Shown here: one piece after another, positions 27,630-32,000 of the stretch
How the letters are laid out: the number at the start of each line of letters is the position of its first letter
Numbering within the stretch: position 1 is the stretch's first letter
Assembly: GCF_003966335.1 (NCBI RefSeq)
Contig: NZ_CP034549.1
Coordinates: forward strand, 2,250,001 to 2,282,000
Source of the DNA: Nonlabens ponticola
GTDB lineage: Bacteria > Bacteroidota > Bacteroidia > Flavobacteriales > Flavobacteriaceae
DNA: 32,000 bases
Reading direction: 5' to 3'
The notes under the pieces: generated by a model
What the model saw: the letters and a program-made list of their open reading frames with translations, nothing else
Told to the model about the DNA's origin: nothing
Databases searched by the model: none
Translations under genes and position numbers: made by a program

Positions 27630-27983
27630 GCAGGCCTGTAAGCTGGATTCTGTCGTTGCACATGCGCGCAACGCCTTATCATTTATCTAGGATCGTGATT
27701 ACTCACGACCTCTATCTGCCTACCCTTCAAAATCGCGCGGATCGCACTCAAGCTTTGATATACTGGGCATTGCACCACATAGAGTTTACCTGATTTCACT
27801 ACAGCATTACCTGTACATTCTTTCTGTTGCACTTGTCCTATTACGCTTTCGCGAAAGCTAACTCATCAAAGAGCGCCCTGCAAAAGCACAACGACGGTCG
27901 TTAACCGCTATGCCATCCTATGGTGTCCAGACTTTCCTCCTTGCGCAACACTAGGTCAAACGCACGGCGATAAGGCGGCCTGC
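27630..27983 (-). ncRNA. rnpB: RNase P RNA, bacterial type A-like
   Basis: The minus strand carries the conserved blocks in the canonical order: GGAGGAAAGUCUGGAC (P4 5' strand), AGUGCAACAGAAAG, GGUAAACUC, CCUAGAUAAAUGA and ACGACAGAAUCCAGCUUAC (P4 3' strand). P1 is GCAGGCC/GGCCUGC (27983-27977 with 27636-27630). P2 is GCCUUAUC/GAUAAGGC. A compensatory change in P4 relative to E. coli (CCGG to CUGG/CCAG) supports the call. The ends are good to about +/-5 nt, and a T-run follows the 3' end. Confidence 0.9.
27845..27858. repeat. Dispersed palindrome copy 9 (inside the mature rnpB RNA)
   Basis: Exact 14-mer. With its flanks it forms the hairpin UUAGCUUUCGCGAAAGCGUAA (RNA sense, 27861-27841, one bulged G). 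Confidence 0.95.
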
Positions 27984-27988
27984 TGCGG

Positions 27989-27996
27989 CAAAATTA
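27989..27996 (-). promoter_or_regulatory. Putative -7 box TAATTTTG for rnpB
   Basis: The minus strand reads TAATTTTG and ends 5 nt before the first P1 nucleotide (27983). That spacing fits a transcription start at the mature 5' end. Confidence 0.5.
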
Positions 27997-28087
27997 TCAC
28001 TATTTGTGCCGTTCCTGTTAATAATTTAATCAAATATGCTGCATTAATTACCGCTGCTAGAAATAGAAGAAATTATCTTTGAAATGC

Positions 28088-30016
28088 ATGGAACCTTTTA
28101 TCGTATCAGCCCGTAAGTATCGTCCAGAAACATTTGAAGATGTTGTGGGACAAGGTGCTATCACAAAAACGCTGGAGAATGCCATTGAGAGCAATCATCT
28201 AGCGCAGGCATTGTTGTTTACTGGGCCACGTGGTGTAGGTAAAACTACCTGTGCGCGTATTCTTGCTAAAAAAATCAACCAGCACGATGTTGAATATGAT
28301 GAGAACGAGGATTTTGCCTTTAACATATTTGAACTGGATGCCGCGTCAAACAACAGTGTTGATGGTATAAGAGACTTGATAACACAAGTGCGCATACCAC
28401 CGCAGGTAGGAAAGTACAAGGTGTATATTATCGATGAGGTACACATGCTGTCAACGGCAGCATTCAATGCCTTTCTTAAAACGCTTGAGGAACCGCCTAA
28501 ACACGCCATTTTTATCCTTGCAACTACTGAGAAGCATAAGATCATACCAACCATCTTATCACGGTGTCAAATATTTGATTTTAAGCGTATTACGGTAAGC
28601 GCGATGCGCGAGCATCTTAAAAAGATCGCTGCAAAAGAAGGTATCACCGCAGATGAGGAAGCACTCCAGATCATCGCTCAAAAAGCTGATGGTGCTCTTA
28701 GGGATTCACTATCGATTTTTGATCGCGTGGTGAGTTTCTCTGGTAAGGATCTTACAATCAAGGCTGTTACTGAAAATCTTAATGTTCTAGATCGCGATAC
28801 TTATTTCCAGATAACTCAATTGATTCTAGAGAATAACATTCCGCAGCTGTTGGTCGATTATGATCAAATCATGGTAAAGGGGTTTGACGGGCAACATTTT
28901 CTTAATGGGCTGGCATCACACTTTAGAGACTTAATGGTTTGTAAGGATCAACGTACCATACCATTGCTGGAATTGGGCGAAAGCACTAAGGCTAAATACA
29001 TTGAGCAATCCAGCGCAACCGACATGCGTTTCCTACTGGAAGCAATTGAAGTTACCAATACTGCTGATCTTAAATATCGATCCAGTCGCAATCAACGACT
29101 TCTGGTAGAATTATGCCTCATGCAGCTTGCCTCCATCACCGCACCACTTGCTGGTGAAAAAAAAAAGCCAGCTAGCTATATAATTCCAGCAGCCCATTAT
29201 AGCGACGCACAGGTAGCAGAGCCCAATACGCAACCATCTGCTGCAAAAACTAATGATACCACTGTATTAGAATCAAAGCCAGCAGAAAATACTCGGACCA
29301 CCTATCCTGAATCTCATAGTACGTCTGAAACCGCGCAAACATCGACACCTGCTAACACCTCATTGCAAAGCGCTGAACCAAAGCACGTAACTGATAACGA
29401 GCCAATCTCGCACCAGCAGAATCCTAAACAGAGTGATTCAAATGAAGCCAATGTCGATAGCAGTCAGCAAGACGTTCGCGCAACTGAAAATTCTAAGGAA
29501 TTATCCAATCAAGAGCGTTTAAAGCAAGCTCGCGAGGCTCTTTTAGCTAGAACTGGCAATCGATTTACAGAACATTCTTTATCTGGTATTGAGAAAAAGA
29601 AACAATTCCTTTCTCAAAAAGAAGATAAAGTGGTTCATACTGATAAGCTACCAGAACGTGATTTCTCACAAGAAGAGTTATTGTTGGTTTGGGATAAGTA
29701 TGTAGAACACTTGAGAGAAAGAGGTCAACGTATACTTGCCAGCGTGCTCAATATTGACAGGCCACAATTGGATGGTACAGTTATAAAGTTGCGTTTTCCT
29801 AATCAATCTATGAAAGAGGATCTTGAAAAAAGTCAAGGTCAGATATACGATTTCCTGAAACGTGAACTACAGAATTATAACCTTACCATTGAGGTTGCCG
29901 TCGATAAAGCGGTCACTAAAAAATACGTGTACACAGATGGCGATAAATACACCAAACTTGTTGAGAAAAACCCGGCCATAGAGGTACTGCGCAAAACTTT
30001 TGATCTAGAGTTCTAA
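28088..30016 (+). CDS. dnaX: DNA polymerase III subunit tau/gamma
   Basis: AAA+ clamp-loader motifs GPRGVGKTT, DEVHML and the SRC motif (LSRCQ). The C-terminal half is long and low-complexity, as expected for tau. ATG 28088 is preferred to TTG 28079. Confidence 0.9.
   Translation: MEPFIVSARKYRPETFEDVVGQGAITKTLENAIESNHLAQALLFTGPRGVGKTTCARILAKKINQHDVEYDENEDFAFNIFELDAASNNSVDGIRDLITQVRIPPQVGKYKVYIIDEVHMLSTAAFNAFLKTLEEPPKHAIFILATTEKHKIIPTILSRCQIFDFKRITVSAMREHLKKIAAKEGITADEEALQIIAQKADGALRDSLSIFDRVVSFSGKDLTIKAVTENLNVLDRDTYFQITQLILENNIPQLLVDYDQIMVKGFDGQHFLNGLASHFRDLMVCKDQRTIPLLELGESTKAKYIEQSSATDMRFLLEAIEVTNTADLKYRSSRNQRLLVELCLMQLASITAPLAGEKKKPASYIIPAAHYSDAQVAEPNTQPSAAKTNDTTVLESKPAENTRTTYPESHSTSETAQTSTPANTSLQSAEPKHVTDNEPISHQQNPKQSDSNEANVDSSQQDVRATENSKELSNQERLKQAREALLARTGNRFTEHSLSGIEKKKQFLSQKEDKVVHTDKLPERDFSQEELLLVWDKYVEHLRERGQRILASVLNIDRPQLDGTVIKLRFPNQSMKEDLEKSQGQIYDFLKRELQNYNLTIEVAVDKAVTKKYVYTDGDKYTKLVEKNPAIEVLRKTFDLEF
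29156..29175 (+). promoter_or_regulatory. Putative dnaX recoding site (A10-G slippery run with stops close by in the alternative frames)
   Basis: GAA AAA AAA AAG CCA at codons 357-361 contains the E. coli-type heptamer A AAA AAG and a run of 10 A. The -1 frame reads GCC AGC TAG (stop at 29173-29175). The +1 frame stops at TAA 29181-29183. Confidence 0.5.
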
Positions 30017-30020
30017 AGCG

Positions 30021-30053
30021 AAAAAGCCTGAAACTTAAAGTCTCAGGCTTTTT
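30021..30053. terminator. Bidirectional rho-independent terminator between dnaX and the convergent OMP gene
   Basis: GCCTGAAACT (30026-30035) pairs with AGTCTCAGGC (30039-30048) with one mismatch. AAAAA flanks one side and TTTTT the other. Confidence 0.7.
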
Positions 30054-30073
30054 GATTTGAATTGTTTTAGTAA

Positions 30074-30646
30074 TTACAATCTATAGGATATTCCTATTTG
30101 GTAAAATCTATTTTCTGCGTTGAAACCTTGATTTTCTAGGCTACCTTCAAAAACATTAGTAAGTCCGTAACCGTATCTAGCGTCAATACTAAATCCATCA
30201 AGAAACCTGAATCCTATACCACCAGTCGCCCATATATCGCTGTCATAGTAATCACCATCATCATTTTCTGAAACGTTGAGCGCATATTTTGCTCCAGCAT
30301 TTACATAAAAGAAATCAGTAATATTAATCTGACCCAATAATCCACCACTAGCCCAATTTACTTTGAGATCCACTGGGTTGCCATTTTCTAGTATGAGGCG
30401 ATCCTCTTTTACACCTAGGGCATCAAAACCTATCTCTGGTATTAGAGAAAAGGTTTTACCTAGCGGTATTTCTGCAAAGAAATAGACCGATGCGCCTATC
30501 CTATTATCTGGATCGTCAAGAAGATCTGTATCAAGATCAGAATAATTGGCTCCTAGACGAAAACCATAAGCGGTCTCATTACGCACCTGCGCCGTTGTAA
30601 AAAACGTCATCAATAATCCAGTGGTGAGAAGTAGATATTTGAACAT
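30074..30646 (-). CDS. Small outer-membrane beta-barrel (porin-family/OmpW-like) protein
   Basis: 190 aa with a signal peptide ending TAQ. Alternating amphipathic beta-strand pattern and a Y/G-rich C-terminal strand (YQIGISYRL). Confidence 0.7.
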   Translation of the reverse strand: MFKYLLLTTGLLMTFFTTAQVRNETAYGFRLGANYSDLDTDLLDDPDNRIGASVYFFAEIPLGKTFSLIPEIGFDALGVKEDRLILENGNPVDLKVNWASGGLLGQINITDFFYVNAGAKYALNVSENDDGDYYDSDIWATGGIGFRFLDGFSIDARYGYGLTNVFEGSLENQGFNAENRFYQIGISYRL

Positions 30647-30692
30647 ATCGTTGTTTTATAAATTGTTAGAGTAAAAATAGTCAATAATAAAA

Positions 30693-31598
30693 TTACTGCG
30701 ACTTATCATATTTCTGATTGTATATAGACTTAATAATACCATCTGCTAGACCTATTTTAGGAACATGAATGTTTTTGGCCTCACTCCACTTCATAGCTCG
30801 CAGATAAATACGACACGCTGGAATAATTACATCTGCCCTATCTTGATTAAGCGCTAGATGATAAATACGTTCTTCATAAGTATAACTCTGTAATTTCTCA
30901 TAATAGGAACTCAAATAGAAATAAGATAATGGACTACCTACTGACTTACCGCTATTCTTGAAGATGTTATTGATATTTCCGCCAGAACCTATTAGTTCAA
31001 TTTTATTGTACGGCTTACAGACCTCTTTGATCCATTGCTCAGCTTCTTGCCATAAATGGCTCTTTACCATGTCATTGAGCAATCTCACGGTACCTATCTT
31101 AAAGGATCTGGAAACGATCGATTTACCGTCTGCGTATAAGGTAAATTCTGTACTACCACCACCTACGTCAACATATAGGTATACTTTGTTGACATCAATC
31201 ATATTGTGCAAGTCAGTCATTGCAATAATTGCAGCCTCGTGAGAACCATCGATGATCTCAATATCGATACCGCAGTTCTTCTTTATGACTTTGCTTATGT
31301 CAGGCCCATTACTCGCATCCCGCATGGCACTAGTAGCATAAGCCTTATATTCAAGGACGTTGTGTACAGACATCAATCTACTGTACGCCTGCATGGTGTC
31401 TAACATGCGTGACTTATTACGATCTGAAATCTTACCATCGGTAAAAACATCTTGACCTAATCTAATTGGCACACGTACCAGACTGGTCTTTTTAAATACA
31501 GGTGGTTGATCATCAAATTGATTAACCGTCGCAACTAGTAGTCTGATCGCATTAGATCCTATATCAATCGCTGCGTATTTTTCAGTCAAAAATCCCAT
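30693..31598 (-). CDS. ppx: Exopolyphosphatase (Ppx/GppA family, short form)
   Basis: 301 aa. ASKHA-fold motifs AAIDIGSNAIRLLV and VDVGGGSTEF. The ATG overlaps the ppk1 stop by 1 nt (TAATG). Confidence 0.85.
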   Translation of the reverse strand: MGFLTEKYAAIDIGSNAIRLLVATVNQFDDQPPVFKKTSLVRVPIRLGQDVFTDGKISDRNKSRMLDTMQAYSRLMSVHNVLEYKAYATSAMRDASNGPDISKVIKKNCGIDIEIIDGSHEAAIIAMTDLHNMIDVNKVYLYVDVGGGSTEFTLYADGKSIVSRSFKIGTVRLLNDMVKSHLWQEAEQWIKEVCKPYNKIELIGSGGNINNIFKNSGKSVGSPLSYFYLSSYYEKLQSYTYEERIYHLALNQDRADVIIPACRIYLRAMKWSEAKNIHVPKIGLADGIIKSIYNQKYDKSQ

Positions 31599-32000
31599 TA
31601 ATCTAATTGATTTTTATAATACTCATAAGTGGCATATTGAGATCGAACTGCCTCTTTTTTATTTTGGACATATGCATTGCTTTGGTCCTGATCAATGACT
31701 CGCGCTTTAACGTTGTCGTTCCAGCATATATCCATCGTCTCAAGTATTTCATTCTTGATGTCCTTATCATATATAGGACATGCTATTTCTACACGACTGT
31801 CTAGGTTTCTAGGCATGAAATCGGCACTTGAAATATAGAGTTTGGTATCTCCATCATTGTGGAAATAATAAACTCTAGGATGTTCTAGGTAACGATCAAC
31901 TACACTTATTGCTGTGATGTTTTCGCTCATACCTTTGACACCAGGAACTAGACAACATATTCCTCTAACAATAAGCTCGATTTTTACACCTGCATTAGAG
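31598..32000 (-). CDS. ppk1: Polyphosphate kinase 1, C-terminal part (the gene continues beyond the right edge)
   Basis: Hand translation upstream of the track's internal Met stays open to base 32000. It reads ...[46 protein letters not shown]..., a typical PPK1 C-terminal domain. Confidence 0.85.
   Translation of the reverse strand, partial: SNAGVKIELIVRGICCLVPGVKGMSENITAISVVDRYLEHPRVYYFHNDGDTKLYISSADFMPRNLDSRVEIACPIYDKDIKNEILETMDICWNDNVKARVIDQDQSNAYVQNKKEAVRSQYATYEYYKNQLD

Noticed and set aside
27380-27682. 100-aa minus-strand ORF overlapping the end of rsmD and the start of the intergenic region
   Set aside because: Its 5' part covers the 3' end of the RNase P RNA gene, and the remainder is antisense to rsmD. 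rnpB explains the region better.
4239-27858. Whether the regularly spaced identical repeats could be a CRISPR array
   Set aside because: The repeat is only 14 bp, the spacing is about 3 kb and not 30-40 bp, the 'spacers' are housekeeping genes, and there are no cas genes.
4239-27858. Whether the palindromes are transcription terminators or REP elements
   Set aside because: Seven of nine are inside CDSs and none is followed by a T-run. The real terminators in the window (7221-7247, 17359-17391, 30021-30053) have unrelated sequences.
11014-28087. Non-ATG extended starts used by the ORF track (TTG 11014, GTG 25544, GTG 26298, TTG 28079, TTG 21787, TTG 21080)
   Set aside because: Each has an in-frame ATG a few codons downstream. 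In two cases (11014, 25544) a TAnnTTTG -7 box lies at or downstream of the extended start and upstream of the in-frame ATG. The calls remain uncertain by a few codons.
28195-28554. 119-aa minus-strand ORF
   Set aside because: It is antisense to the AAA+ core of dnaX and is a shadow ORF. The same reasoning applies to 13303-13494, 13788-14153, 14934-15859, 16519-16701, 17698-17934, 18482-18805, 19052-19264, 19760-19984, 20632-20838, 23526-23760, 24637-25174, 30958-31403 and 31607-31804.

Overview
This looks like a core-chromosome window from a Bacteroidota (Flavobacteriia-like) genome. The lineage call rests on TAnnTTTG -7 boxes, a lipoprotein TamL-type Omp85 next to tamB, and several Bacteroidota-typical DUF genes. 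I count about 27 protein genes in tight co-directional blocks: tamB-tamL, icmF, a PIG-L deacetylase with a Na+/solute symporter, osmC, cls, a lytic transglycosylase, kdsB, a RecD-like helicase, rsmD, dnaX, ppx and ppk1. There is also one RNase P RNA gene (rnpB, minus strand) that the ORF track cannot show. I saw no IS element, integrase, CRISPR array, tRNA or rRNA. The strongest signal is not a gene. A perfect 14-bp palindrome, GCTTTCGCGAAAGC, occurs 9 times at roughly 3-kb intervals. Seven copies lie inside conserved CDSs, where they read as AFAKA or LSRK(R/H). One lies inside the mature rnpB RNA, and one is intergenic as a 24-bp perfect palindrome. The high density, the invariant core and the tolerance of coding sequence resemble uptake-signal or chromosome-architecture sequences more than REP/MITE elements, but I cannot tell from here whether this repeat is already described. 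Secondary observations are an A10-G slippery run at the domain III boundary of dnaX, with stops close by in both alternative frames, and an unannotated 40-codon membrane mini-ORF bridging the PIG-L and symporter genes. All product calls come from motifs I recognise by eye; no database search was possible.
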